Virus record (IMG/VR): IMGVR_UViG_3300005263_000010
Location: 1 to 35,710 of that record
From: a virus
Taxonomy: Duplodnaviria > Caudoviricetes
Reading direction: 5' to 3' (one strand)
Length of the DNA stretch: 35,710 nt
Part shown: positions 15,860-25,163 of the stretch, piece by piece
Layout of the letters: the number at the start of each line of letters is the position of its first letter
Numbering within the stretch: the stretch's first letter is position 1
The notes under the pieces: model-generated
The model's database searches: none
Told to the model about the DNA's origin: nothing
The model's input: the letters and a program-made list of their open reading frames with translations, nothing else
Program-made: the position numbers and the translations under genes

Positions 15860-17226
15860 TACTGCACCTCGATTCCGCGCTGGCGGAGCGCGAAGACCAC
15901 CTCATCCAGGGTCTTGCCCGCGTACTTGCCGCCGGGCTTGATGGCGTCTCGGACCTCGGAGAATGTCACCTTCCCGGCGGTCTTCGTGGGCTTGGCAGCG
16001 GCCACCGGCTTCACCACTTCCGGGAGGTCCTGACCCGCCTGGATCTGGAGCACGCCGATAGCGGTCTTCCGGGAATCGGCCTTCTGCTGGATGACCTCCT
16101 TGGAATCACCCGGCTGGGGGAAGTACTTCTTCTCCTCGTTGGCGAATTCAGAGGCGCTGATGGCCGCGCCGGACTCCTTGCGCAGCACGGCGCTCACGAA
16201 GTTCCGCTTGGCCTGGTCGTACTCCTGCAGGGGGGCCGGCGTGAGATAGTTCCCGACGCCGGGGATGCTGGAGGCCAACCGCTGGGGCCCACCCGCCACG
16301 TTGGCCCCAGAAGCCTCCAGGCGGTTCAGGATGACATCCGCCTCCCGGGCCCGGATGCCGAACCCGAGCGCGTTGCCCTGGGCCTCGGTGAGGGGCTTGG
16401 CACCTCCCTTCGGGGCGTACCCCTCCACCTCGCGGAGGGCACCCTTCTTGTCCTGCTGCACGAGCTTCGACTTTCCCGTGGCAGGGTCCGTGACCTCGAA
16501 GGGCTGGGAATAGCCGATGTTGACGAGGGCGCCGTGGGTGGTGGCCTTCAGCTTGAGGTCCGCAGCTTCCTTCGCCGTGAGGAGGTTGTTGGCCTGGTCC
16601 TGAGTGGCCTTGCCGGCCTCGGTCTGCGCCTTCACACCGATCGGCGCGCCCATGGTCTGCTCGCCGAGGATGTTGGTGGTCACCGGGACCTGGGCGCCGT
16701 TGATCTCCTGGATCTTGGGCTTGAGGGTGGCCAGGGCCTCATCGACCTTGGCGGCCTTGGTCAGCACTGCGGCCCGGTTCTGAGGCGAGAACTGCAGGAA
16801 GGGCTGGAGGCCCTGGGCGATGATGGGGTGGTCCTGGAGCACCACCTGCATGCCCTGCTGCCACTTCTCCGGGGTGTCGGCCCAGGCCGCCATCTTGCCC
16901 ACATCCTCGTTGCCAGCCTTGATCGCGGCCCGGCGCTGGTCGTCCACCTTGCCCAGGCTCTCCTGGATGTCGAGGATCTCCTTCTGGGTATCCAGGTGCT
17001 GCTTCCGGATGCTCTGGGCCTGCTTGTAGAGCCCCTTCTGCTGCGCTAGGTCAGCCAGCTGGGGGAGGTTGCCCCCGGCCTGCTGGGACAGCTCGCGCAT
17101 GGCCTCGTCGTCCTTCTTGGCCTGCATGAGCTGGCGGAGCTGCAGCCCGCGCCCCATGGCCCCTGCCACGTCGATCTGGGGCACGCCCTGACCCACCTGG
17201 GAATAGATGCTCGCGTCGATCGGCAC
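15859..17226 (-). CDS. Internal virion/DNA ejection protein (P22 gp20 position)
   Basis: MPIDASIYSQ start; QAKRNFVSAVLRKESGAAISASEF...YFPQPGDS block; synteny. Confidence 0.78.
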   Translation of the reverse strand: MPIDASIYSQVGQGVPQIDVAGAMGRGLQLRQLMQAKKDDEAMRELSQQAGGNLPQLADLAQQKGLYKQAQSIRKQHLDTQKEILDIQESLGKVDDQRRAAIKAGNEDVGKMAAWADTPEKWQQGMQVVLQDHPIIAQGLQPFLQFSPQNRAAVLTKAAKVDEALATLKPKIQEINGAQVPVTTNILGEQTMGAPIGVKAQTEAGKATQDQANNLLTAKEAADLKLKATTHGALVNIGYSQPFEVTDPATGKSKLVQQDKKGALREVEGYAPKGGAKPLTEAQGNALGFGIRAREADVILNRLEASGANVAGGPQRLASSIPGVGNYLTPAPLQEYDQAKRNFVSAVLRKESGAAISASEFANEEKKYFPQPGDSKEVIQQKADSRKTAIGVLQIQAGQDLPEVVKPVAAAKPTKTAGKVTFSEVRDAIKPGGKYAGKTLDEVVFALRQRGIEVQ

Positions 17227-17236
17227 AGCTCACCTC

Positions 17237-18334
17237 CTACTTGTAGCCTTCGTAAGTCAGCCAGTTGTTGACCCCGTTGTTCAGCGCCGAACTCCAGCCG
17301 TTGCCCGCCGCGATGGAGGCCGCACCGCTGGCGTTGGCAGCGCCCATGAGGTTGTTCCCCTGTGTGAGGGCATTGGTCTGGCCGAGCTGGGCGAGCTGGC
17401 CGTTGGCCGTCTGCCCGATGCCGGCCACCGCGGCCAGCTGGTTGAAGCGGGTGCTGCGGTTGGTCTGGAATCGGTTGTAGGCGTTCCCGAACTCCTGCGA
17501 TCCCATACCCTGGCCGTAGCGAGTCAGGGCCTTGAGGGTGGCGCCACCGAGGAACCGGCCGCCGGCCGCCGCGCTGCGCTCCAGGGCCTTCTGACCCTCG
17601 GCCAGGCGGAAGGCATAGCCCGGATCCGCCTGGAAGTCGGCCATGGAGAAGTCCCGGCTGAGGGATCCGTAGTCACCGAGCTGGGTGTTGGGATCGCCCG
17701 GGGTCCATTCGCCCGTGGTGGCGTTGTAGTTGTAGGTCGGGCCGTACTGACTGGCGGCGACATCGGGTCGGAGATAATTGGGATTCCCATCCAACTCATT
17801 CAGGCGCGTGTTGCTGGTGTCGTTCATGCTGGGCTGATTCACCCCCCCACCGGTCATCCCATAGGCCAGGGTGGCCTCAGCATTGGGGTCCAGGCTCCCG
17901 CCGGCCTTCGTCGGCGTCCTGGGCGTCCCTGTGGGGGTCGTGGTGCCGGGCGTGGGAGCGGTGGCCCCCCCAGAGGTGTTCGGCGGCGTGGGGGCGGACA
18001 CTCCGGAGGGCGTGTAGGTGCCCGGCGTGGGCAGCGTCGCGCCGTTTGTGCGGTTGCCCAGCGTCCCGAGTTGGCCAGTGGTGTTGTTGCCCGGCGTCTG
18101 GCGCGGGGCGTAACCGGGAAGCCCCAGCAGGTAGGACAGCTGGCTGATGGCCGAGCTCCCAGCGTTCCGCCAGGGCGCCATGTCCGTGCGCGTCTGCTGG
18201 TACTGGGCCTCGCTCAGCTGGTTGGCCGCGTTGGCGGCTCCGGCCTGAGTGCTGGCGGCATCCCGGGCGCCCTGGGCCGACATGTACCCACCAAGCAGGG
18301 AGGCCCCTGCGACTGCTACGTAGCCCCACGTCAT
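17237..18334 (-). CDS. DNA transfer/pilot ejection protein (P22 gp7-like)
   Basis: AASTQAGAANAA...APWRNAG...DPGYAFRLAEGQKALERSAAAGG..LGGATLKALTRYGQG. Confidence 0.85.
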   Translation of the reverse strand: MTWGYVAVAGASLLGGYMSAQGARDAASTQAGAANAANQLSEAQYQQTRTDMAPWRNAGSSAISQLSYLLGLPGYAPRQTPGNNTTGQLGTLGNRTNGATLPTPGTYTPSGVSAPTPPNTSGGATAPTPGTTTPTGTPRTPTKAGGSLDPNAEATLAYGMTGGGVNQPSMNDTSNTRLNELDGNPNYLRPDVAASQYGPTYNYNATTGEWTPGDPNTQLGDYGSLSRDFSMADFQADPGYAFRLAEGQKALERSAAAGGRFLGGATLKALTRYGQGMGSQEFGNAYNRFQTNRSTRFNQLAAVAGIGQTANGQLAQLGQTNALTQGNNLMGAANASGAASIAAGNGWSSALNNGVNNWLTYEGYK

Positions 18335-18798
18335 GACAGCACCTCCACGGGCTTGTGGCCGAGTTCATTGGGAATGACGACGCGGCTCTCGATGAGATCC
18401 ATGTCCCGCGTGTCGTCGGGGTTCAGATGGGCGCTGAAGAAGACCACGTGGGTGTGCGCGTAGAGGAGGGGCTTGGTCCCGCCCTTCACCGTCACCATGC
18501 AGGGGCCCTCGATGGTCCGGGTTTCCTCCCCGGTCTTGAAGGTGACCTTGCCCTGAGCCACGATCAGCCCGTCGTCCTGGGCGTGGATCTTGCCCGTCAG
18601 GTAGGTATCCTCGGCCATCTCGAACCGCCGGAAGTAGAGTCCAGGGACGAACATGTGCTCCGCCGGGATCAGCGGCACGGCATGCTGGGCGAAGAGCGTC
18701 TCGACGGCGTAGATGGCCTCCTGGATCTTTTCAGGCGCATGCTCGACCGCCCCATAGCCGCTCTCGCTCACGTGGTGAGTGACCATTCCCCGTTCCAT
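18331..18798 (-). CDS. Cupin-fold protein in the morphogenesis operon
   Basis: HMFVPGLYFRRFEMAEDTYLTGKIH...GTKPLLYAHTHVVFFSAH. Confidence 0.75.
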   Translation of the reverse strand: MERGMVTHHVSESGYGAVEHAPEKIQEAIYAVETLFAQHAVPLIPAEHMFVPGLYFRRFEMAEDTYLTGKIHAQDDGLIVAQGKVTFKTGEETRTIEGPCMVTVKGGTKPLLYAHTHVVFFSAHLNPDDTRDMDLIESRVVIPNELGHKPVEVLS

Positions 18799-19145
18799 CA
18801 GGACACCTTCACGCCAGAGCAGCGGAGGGCCATGACCGACGCTGCATCCGCAAAGGCCGTGATGAAGTCGCCGGTCTCCAGGACATGGCCCACGGCCTGG
18901 TTGACGAAATAGGTCTGGCCCGGGCCCACCGGCTCGGTCTTGGCGATCATGTTGCCCGAGCTGGCCGCGCTGCCCGCAGGCACGATGTGGAAGGTGAACA
19001 CCCGAGCCACCGTATCCGTGTTGGTGATCGAGCAGCTTTTGATGATGGTGCGGGTGTTCGCCGGGGAGGCGTAGAGCCCGGGCGTGACCGCAGCGGCATT
19101 CGGCAGCAAAGTCCCTTCGATGAGGCAAACGGGCGTGACGAGCAT
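18798..19145 (-). CDS. Small beta-rich virion protein
   Basis: AGGAG SD; LYASPANTRTIIKSCSITNTD...LETGDFITAFA; synteny. Confidence 0.7.
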   Translation of the reverse strand: MLVTPVCLIEGTLLPNAAAVTPGLYASPANTRTIIKSCSITNTDTVARVFTFHIVPAGSAASSGNMIAKTEPVGPGQTYFVNQAVGHVLETGDFITAFADAASVMALRCSGVKVS

Positions 19146-19154
19146 GGCGGCTCC

Positions 19155-20159
19155 TTACTTGGAGAAGGTGGTACGAGACCCCCGGGTGTCCGACTGGTAA
19201 TGGATTCCGAAGGAAATCAGGAAGGGGTCTGCGGCGGGGGCTGTGCCCGCGGCGGCGATGCGCTTGAGGCGAATGAGGATCTGAGCGCCGACCTTGAGCG
19301 TTCCAGCAGGGATGGTGTAGATGGTCCCCACCCGGTGCGTCCGGTCAGGCTGGGAGGCGGGGATGGTGAACTCAGCGCTCTGCGTGGAGGTCGCCGGGAA
19401 GGCCGTGGGGGACACACCCGACTCCAACGGGTTGCAGGCCGTCCACTCGATCTCCCACTTCACGCCCCGAACCGTGAGGTCATTGGCCCCGCCCAGTGCC
19501 CAGTGCAGATGCACTTCCAGGTCGGTCCCTTCCTTCCAGTCGTGCAGGGCCTCCGCGGACTGCCACTGGATGGCATCACCAACGGCAAACTGGTCCTTGA
19601 CGATGTTGCCCTGGAAGGCGTTGCGCGCCGGAACGCCTGCACCCGCTACAGGAGTGAAATCTCGCGCGAGGTTCCAGTCGTCCCATACCACTCGATCAAA
19701 CCGGGCAGCCCACGGGTCCAGCAGCAGGTAGAGCGACTCCAAAAGCCCCTGCACTTGAACGGGGCCACCGCCGAACAGATCCACCTGATCGACCGAAGAT
19801 GCTCCGCCAGCGGCCCCGATGCCCATGGAAGAGGAGAAGGCATCGAGCATGGATAGTTCGTCGGGGGTGAGCGAGTCGGAGCTACCAATGCGCCGATACA
19901 CCTTCGTGATCCAAGGGATCCACGCTGAGGAGACGAATCCCCCCTGATTGACGATGGGCACGCCAAAGGGCGGCGGGGTGAGCTGGGAGGCCGCAATGGC
20001 GGCCCGTTCAGCCTCGTTCGCCGCCTGGGTCGCTTGGGTCGCTGTGGCAACTTCCGCCGGTGTGGATGCCGTGGTGGTTGCCGATGGGTCTACAGGCGTC
20101 GGGCCCCAGCCAGAATCCAGGACAGGGTCTTCATTGCTCGGGATCAGCGGGCGGGCCAT
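19155..20159 (-). CDS. Tail needle/accessory virion protein with a C-terminal beta domain
   Basis: Follows the gp10-like gene; PIVNQGGFVSSAWIPWI anchor-like segment; WDD...HDWKEGTDLEVHLHW domain. Confidence 0.6.
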   Translation of the reverse strand: MARPLIPSNEDPVLDSGWGPTPVDPSATTTASTPAEVATATQATQAANEAERAAIAASQLTPPPFGVPIVNQGGFVSSAWIPWITKVYRRIGSSDSLTPDELSMLDAFSSSMGIGAAGGASSVDQVDLFGGGPVQVQGLLESLYLLLDPWAARFDRVVWDDWNLARDFTPVAGAGVPARNAFQGNIVKDQFAVGDAIQWQSAEALHDWKEGTDLEVHLHWALGGANDLTVRGVKWEIEWTACNPLESGVSPTAFPATSTQSAEFTIPASQPDRTHRVGTIYTIPAGTLKVGAQILIRLKRIAAAGTAPAADPFLISFGIHYQSDTRGSRTTFSK

Positions 20160-21580
20160 TAGAACCTCCCCGCATCAATGGCGAGGTTCGCGCCCACCAA
20201 GACCGTCTTCACCGGGGCCGTGCCGCGCACCTTGAAGACTAGATCCCGGCCAAAGCCGAGACGGCGCCAGATGGCCCGGTGCCGGTATTGCCCCATCTTG
20301 CCTGCCGAGGTCCACAGCTCAGGGCCCCAGGTGAAGCCACCGTCCCGGGAGATCTGCAGCATGACCTGCGGGTCGAGGCCTTCCCCTGCCCCAGCAAGAC
20401 CCACCCCAGTCTCCATCTCCAGCTCGAACGAAGAGGGGAAGAGGTTCACGCCCTCCTTGTTCAGCCGCGGGGCCTGGCGCTCCCAGGCCAGCGTGTCGCC
20501 ATCGTTGGTGTAGGTGTCCGGGTCGATCTGGTAGATCCGACCGTCCGTGGAGTCCCCGGCGATCCACACCCCGTAAACAAAGGCGCTGCAGGAGACGCGG
20601 GAGGGGACATAGACGCCGCTCACCAGCTCGGCGCGCTCATGCCACTGGCTGGTGCTGAGGTCGTAGCACCAGGTCGTTTCGGCGCCCGGCAGGGCCAGGC
20701 AGTAGAACGTGTGCCCGCCCTCCACATGGACCCAGGCGTAGGCATCGGAGAGGCTCCCCGACTTGCGCACGGCCAGCTCCACGGCATGGTTCGAGATCCG
20801 GCGGGGCTGGAAGCCGTCGGCCATGAGCACCTGGCCCTTGTCGCTCAGCCAGGCCACCGTGCCGGCGAACTTCTGGGCGGTGAAGGCGGCGGCGCAGCCA
20901 TGCTCGATGAAGCTGCCGTCGATGCGGCTGAAGGGGAAGTCCGGATCCCCGGAGTTCCAGTAGACCTCGACGCTGGCGCTCCCGAACACCCAGGCCTGCC
21001 GGTTGTTCGCCAGGACTCCCACCACGGGGTCAGGCAGGCCCTCGGCCACGCCGAAGTCGAGCCCATCCCACGTGGTTCCATCGTAGAGGCTGCTGATCTG
21101 GAACTGCCCGGTGCCGGGGTTATTCACCAGGAAGTAGCCGTCGATGAAGCAGGACCTGGCCGCGCCCATGAAGAATTCGCTGTCGATCTTGGAGAAGGCG
21201 CCCGTGATCAGGCTCACGGTGTAGCCCTTGGAGCCGTCCACGATCATCATCTGGCTGCCGTTGTCCACGATGTCGACCTTGCCGGTGCTGGACTCAAGCG
21301 TTCCCGCCTCGTGCCCCACCCAATCCGGGGTGACGCTGTAGAGCTTGTCCCCGCTCACCACAGCCAGGCGCCCAGTGCTCAGGGTGTAGACCCCGCGGAT
21401 CGGGCCACTCCCCAGAGTGGCGAGCCGCTTCAGGCCCGGGACCTTCGGCAGGGTTCCGATCTCCCCATTGGGCGAGTTCCGGGTCTCGATGAGCTCCGGG
21501 TACAGGTTCACGCACCGCTCCCCGGCCGCCTTGGGCGACTGGAGGCGGTAGGTGGGCCCGATGAACCCAGGAAACCGCAC
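20159..21580 (-). CDS. Packaged DNA stabilisation/tail hub protein (P22 gp10-like)
   Basis: CVNLYPE...PGLKRL...GPIRG...AEGLPD...DPQVMLQISRDGGFTW...GKMGQYRHRAIWRRLG. Confidence 0.92.
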   Translation of the reverse strand: MRFPGFIGPTYRLQSPKAAGERCVNLYPELIETRNSPNGEIGTLPKVPGLKRLATLGSGPIRGVYTLSTGRLAVVSGDKLYSVTPDWVGHEAGTLESSTGKVDIVDNGSQMMIVDGSKGYTVSLITGAFSKIDSEFFMGAARSCFIDGYFLVNNPGTGQFQISSLYDGTTWDGLDFGVAEGLPDPVVGVLANNRQAWVFGSASVEVYWNSGDPDFPFSRIDGSFIEHGCAAAFTAQKFAGTVAWLSDKGQVLMADGFQPRRISNHAVELAVRKSGSLSDAYAWVHVEGGHTFYCLALPGAETTWCYDLSTSQWHERAELVSGVYVPSRVSCSAFVYGVWIAGDSTDGRIYQIDPDTYTNDGDTLAWERQAPRLNKEGVNLFPSSFELEMETGVGLAGAGEGLDPQVMLQISRDGGFTWGPELWTSAGKMGQYRHRAIWRRLGFGRDLVFKVRGTAPVKTVLVGANLAIDAGRF

Positions 21581-21581
21581 G

Positions 21582-22298
21582 TCAGCCCCCCAGGAAGCCA
21601 GCGAGGCCGCTGCCGTTGCTGCAGCCGCCCTGGAGCATGGCGTCATCCACGCCCATCACCGGCGTGGTGTGGTTGGCCCGCTTGATGGCAGCCTTGGACT
21701 CGACGGCGTTGTTGACCACGGCCACCGAAGGCTCCCGGCCGTATTCCGCGGCAAGTTCCAGCGCCAGGTTGTACCGGTACATCCGGGCGTACCCCGGGGG
21801 CAGGACGAGCTCGGAGTTGAGGTCGTCCATGGTGTAGGTCGGAAGCTGATCCCAGCACCACAGGGCCATGGAATAGGCCTGGGACGGCTTGGGGTGCAGG
21901 TAGACCTTCCCGAGGGGGAATTCGGGGTCGTAGAAGAGCCGGGTGGGGAGGCCGGTCATGTTCTTGATGGGGATCTCAGCCCATTCGCTGTCGTCCACGA
22001 CCTCGACTTCGTATTCCCCGGCCCCGATGGTGACGAAGGCCTTCTCGATCACCACCGGTCGGGAGGTGTCGAAATCCCCCCCCGAGCCGATGGTGTGCGC
22101 GGCCTTCCCCGGCGTGGTTGTCACGTCCACGCGGGTCAGGCCGGTCGGGTTCGTCAGGTGCTCCAGGTTCAGCGTCTCGATGAGGCCGTTGAGAGCCTGG
22201 AGTGCGTCCTGCGCGGTCACAGCATCCAGGGCTTCGCCAGGGTTCGCCGCACCGATGAGGCGAAGCGAGCCAGTGAGGAGGTCCTGGAGCGTGGCCAT
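21582..22298 (-). CDS. Head-tail adaptor (P22 gp4-like)
   Basis: DLLTGSLRLIGA..GE...QDALQALN; LPPGYARMYRYNLALELAAEYG. Confidence 0.85.
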   Translation of the reverse strand: MATLQDLLTGSLRLIGAANPGEALDAVTAQDALQALNGLIETLNLEHLTNPTGLTRVDVTTTPGKAAHTIGSGGDFDTSRPVVIEKAFVTIGAGEYEVEVVDDSEWAEIPIKNMTGLPTRLFYDPEFPLGKVYLHPKPSQAYSMALWCWDQLPTYTMDDLNSELVLPPGYARMYRYNLALELAAEYGREPSVAVVNNAVESKAAIKRANHTTPVMGVDDAMLQGGCSNGSGLAGFLGG

Positions 22299-22301
22299 GG
22301 G

Positions 22302-22682
22302 CTACCCCTTCGCTTCGGCTGCGCGGATGGCCGCGAGGATCTTCTCGGCGCCCTGCTGGGGCTTCATGTCGCCGATGTCGAGGTTGTTGTCCTTGGCGTA
22401 CTGCAGGAGCTCGCCGGCGCGCATGTCCTCCAGGGCCTTCGGGGCGGTGAGCTTGGCCAGGTCGGCCTTGAGCTGTTCCACCTCAGCCTGGAGGGCGGCG
22501 CAGTTGGCGCAGGGCGCTCCGCCGGTCAGAGGCGCCTGGCCCAGGTCAGGGCTGGGCTCGTCGCTGGGCTGGTTCTCCCAGCCTTCCTCGACCTTGGCCA
22601 GTTCCTCGGCCTCGTCATTGACGATGCAGTTGGTCTGGCCCTTGAAGAGCATGCGGGGGTAGGGCTTGGGCTCGTAGCTCAT
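22302..22682 (-). CDS. Hypothetical head-associated protein (YPRMLF N-terminus, small helical C-terminal domain)
   Basis: SD and coupling; position after the capsid genes. Confidence 0.7.
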   Translation of the reverse strand: MSYEPKPYPRMLFKGQTNCIVNDEAEELAKVEEGWENQPSDEPSPDLGQAPLTGGAPCANCAALQAEVEQLKADLAKLTAPKALEDMRAGELLQYAKDNNLDIGDMKPQQGAEKILAAIRAAEAKG

Positions 22683-22684
22683 GC

Positions 22685-23017
22685 CTACCTCGCCAGAGCG
22701 GTCTTGGCATTCGCCACGCCGCCATCGACCCGGGCCACCTGGATCAGGTAGTCCTGGGAGGCCGTCGGCGTGATGCCGGCGCCCGTGTTGTTGGAGAAGG
22801 TGATGGCGAGGGTGTCATCCGCGCTGATGCGGGCCCCGACGATGCCGAGCCCCGCCTGGGCGGTGGGCTTGGAAATGCCGCAGATGAAGTCGGAATTGAG
22901 GCGGAGGCCGGGGACCGTGAAGGTCTGCTCCGCCGTGGTATTGGCAGCCACCAGGGCAGGGCTCAAGGTCGCCTTTGCGACCCAGAGCTCCCGGGTGTTG
23001 CCGTAGCACATGGTCAT
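22685..23017 (-). CDS. Capsid decoration/cement-like protein
   Basis: LSPALVAANTTAEQTFTVPGL...KPTAQAGLGIVGARISADDTLAITF; directly after the coat gene. Confidence 0.7.
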   Translation of the reverse strand: MTMCYGNTRELWVAKATLSPALVAANTTAEQTFTVPGLRLNSDFICGISKPTAQAGLGIVGARISADDTLAITFSNNTGAGITPTASQDYLIQVARVDGGVANAKTALAR

Positions 23018-23026
23018 AGGATCTCC

Positions 23027-23068
23027 AGAAGGAAGAAGGAGAGGGGGGAAGGCGAACCCTCCCCCCTC
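23027..23068 (-). terminator. Stable UUCG hairpin / leaky terminator after the coat gene
   Basis: Minus strand GAGGGGGGAGGG-TTCG-CCTTCCCCCCTC then a pyrimidine tract. Confidence 0.65.
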
Positions 23069-23076
23069 AGGTGGGA

Positions 23077-24288
23077 CTACTCAGTGACGCGCACGGCGTG
23101 GTCGCGGTAGACCAGGACGGGGTCGGCGTAGAGCACGTCGATGCGGGTGTGCTCCATGTCCGCCTTGCCATCACCGAAGGTCATGACGCGCAGCGCCACG
23201 CCGTCGGCGTCGAAGGTGTAGCCCTCGCAGCTGGCCAGCACGGGCAGGGGAGCGAACGCGCAGGCGATGGCGTCCCGCTGCCAGATGAGGTTCTGGCGGT
23301 AGCCGGTGGAGGCGTTGCCCACGATGGTGAGGGCGGCGCTGTCGGCGGGGAGGGCGCTGACCGTGGTCCCGGGCGCGGTGGCGTCGATGGGAGGCCAGAT
23401 GCTGATGGCGCCGGTGGTGCCGCTCATCGTGGCGTCGGCGGTGATCACGAACTGCCGCAGGTTGGGCAGGGCCGCGTTCGTCAGGGGGTGGGTCTCGTAG
23501 ACGCTGGCGATGGTGAAGACGGTGCCCTTCTTGAAGGTGTCAGAGTTCGCCACGCCCTTGATGTTCAGGGTGCTGCCGGTCTGGCTCGCGCCGTTGACCT
23601 GGACACCGGAGACCTTGTTGCCGTTGGTGTGCACCGGCAGGGACTGGTTCTCGTAGAAGTCCATCTCGCCGTAGCTGTTGAGGTACCCCTTCATGAACAT
23701 GTCCGCCACGGCCTTGTTCGGGTTGAAGAGGGTCTTGGAGGCGTCCACCAGCTCGATGTTGGCGTCGGAGCTGATCAGGGCCGTGCGGGGGGCGCCGGGC
23801 GCCAGGTGGCGCTGCAGGACGCCGCGGGCCTGGCTGTAGACCTTGGCGGTGCTGGGAATCGTGCCCGCGGTGCCGACCAGGTTGGGGATCTGGCTGTAGG
23901 TCTTCAGCAGCATGTCGGACTGGACCGTGCTGAGCAGGGTGCTCATGGCCGGCTTCAGGAACCGCTCCCGGAACTCCTCGAGGCTCAGCGCCTTCTCCAC
24001 GGCCGTGAAGCTCAGGGGCACGTGCTTCTGGGTGCTGATCGTGGAGGTGACGTAGGTCTCGATCTGGTCGTCAGCGCTGCCGCCGCCGGCGAAGGTGGCG
24101 CCATCGTAGACCTTGGACGGGGGCGGGATCTTGATCTTGAGGGTGCCGCCCTTCTTATAGCCGTTGACCTTCGCGGTCATGTCGTCTTCGCGGTTGCGAT
24201 TGACGTTCATGATGAAGGACATTTCCTCGCTGAGGATCTTGGCCGCCTCGCGGGCGACCATCTGGTGGGTGAGAATGGTGTTGCTCAT
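23077..24288 (-). CDS. Major capsid protein (P22 coat gp5 family)
   Basis: MSNTILTHQMVAREA...KKGGTLKIKIP...QKHVPLSFTA...F..RFLKPAM...TRIDVLY. Confidence 0.95.
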   Translation of the reverse strand: MSNTILTHQMVAREAAKILSEEMSFIMNVNRNREDDMTAKVNGYKKGGTLKIKIPPPSKVYDGATFAGGGSADDQIETYVTSTISTQKHVPLSFTAVEKALSLEEFRERFLKPAMSTLLSTVQSDMLLKTYSQIPNLVGTAGTIPSTAKVYSQARGVLQRHLAPGAPRTALISSDANIELVDASKTLFNPNKAVADMFMKGYLNSYGEMDFYENQSLPVHTNGNKVSGVQVNGASQTGSTLNIKGVANSDTFKKGTVFTIASVYETHPLTNAALPNLRQFVITADATMSGTTGAISIWPPIDATAPGTTVSALPADSAALTIVGNASTGYRQNLIWQRDAIACAFAPLPVLASCEGYTFDADGVALRVMTFGDGKADMEHTRIDVLYADPVLVYRDHAVRVTE

Positions 24289-24320
24289 GGCTGTTCTCCG
24301 ACAAAGGAGGTGTCAGGGGA

Positions 24321-25163
24321 TCAGCGCCGCGGGGCCCTCTGTGCCCGCAACCAGTCGGCGTCCGAGAGCTTGCTCGGGTCCTTGGTCACGGTTCCACTGC
24401 CCTTGAGGGGCTGCAGAGGGGGTGGGGCGCTGGTGGTTCGTTTCTGGGGTTCGGTGGTGGTCTTCTTCGCCGAGAGCTCGTCCTCGATGCGCCCCAGGGC
24501 CACCTGCGCCCCGTGGGGGGTCAGGCTGGCGATCCGGCGGCACTCTTCGGGGTGAGAGGCGAGGTGGTGGAGCATCTCGCCGCCGTAGGCCGAGGCCACG
24601 ATGGTCTGCATCATGGCGGGCGTGGCGGGGAGGTCCTCCTCGAGCAGTTCTTCCAGGTCGGGATGCGCGGCGTGAGCCGCCTCCAGCTGCTTCGTCCAGC
24701 TGTCCTGGGCCTCCTTCTCACGAGCCTTGGCCCTTTCGGCTTCGGTTTCCTGCTCCTTGGCCTTGTCGCGGGCCTGGAGTTTCTGTTCGGCCTTGTACTC
24801 GGCCAGGTCGGAGAAGTACTTCCGCTCAGCGGCCTTGAATTCCGCGTAGCTGTTGAAGCTGTTCTCGTCAGGGGGCTGAGGCTCGGCCAGGGCTTCCGGC
24901 TGCCGGGCAGGAGCGGCGGACACGCCGGCGCGAAGCCGGGCGATCTCCTCCTCCTGGGCGGCCAGGCGCGTGGTGAGCTTCTGGATCCGCTTCTGGAAGC
25001 CGCCCATCTTCTTCTTGGGCTCGCCGTTCTCGTCCAGCTCTTCGCCAGTCGGGGGCTCGCCGTTGGGGTTCTCGGGCGGGGTGTTCTTGGGTTCCCCATC
25101 ACCCTGGACGCCAAGAGCGCCGGTCAGGGAATCGGGGGTGGGATCGATGATTTCCGTGCTCAT
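24321..25163 (-). CDS. Capsid scaffolding protein
   Basis: GFQKRIQKLT, charged helices, GGEMLHHLASHPEECRRIASL, C-terminal APPPLQPL...W; between portal and coat. Confidence 0.88.
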   Translation of the reverse strand: MSTEIIDPTPDSLTGALGVQGDGEPKNTPPENPNGEPPTGEELDENGEPKKKMGGFQKRIQKLTTRLAAQEEEIARLRAGVSAAPARQPEALAEPQPPDENSFNSYAEFKAAERKYFSDLAEYKAEQKLQARDKAKEQETEAERAKAREKEAQDSWTKQLEAAHAAHPDLEELLEEDLPATPAMMQTIVASAYGGEMLHHLASHPEECRRIASLTPHGAQVALGRIEDELSAKKTTTEPQKRTTSAPPPLQPLKGSGTVTKDPSKLSDADWLRAQRAPRR

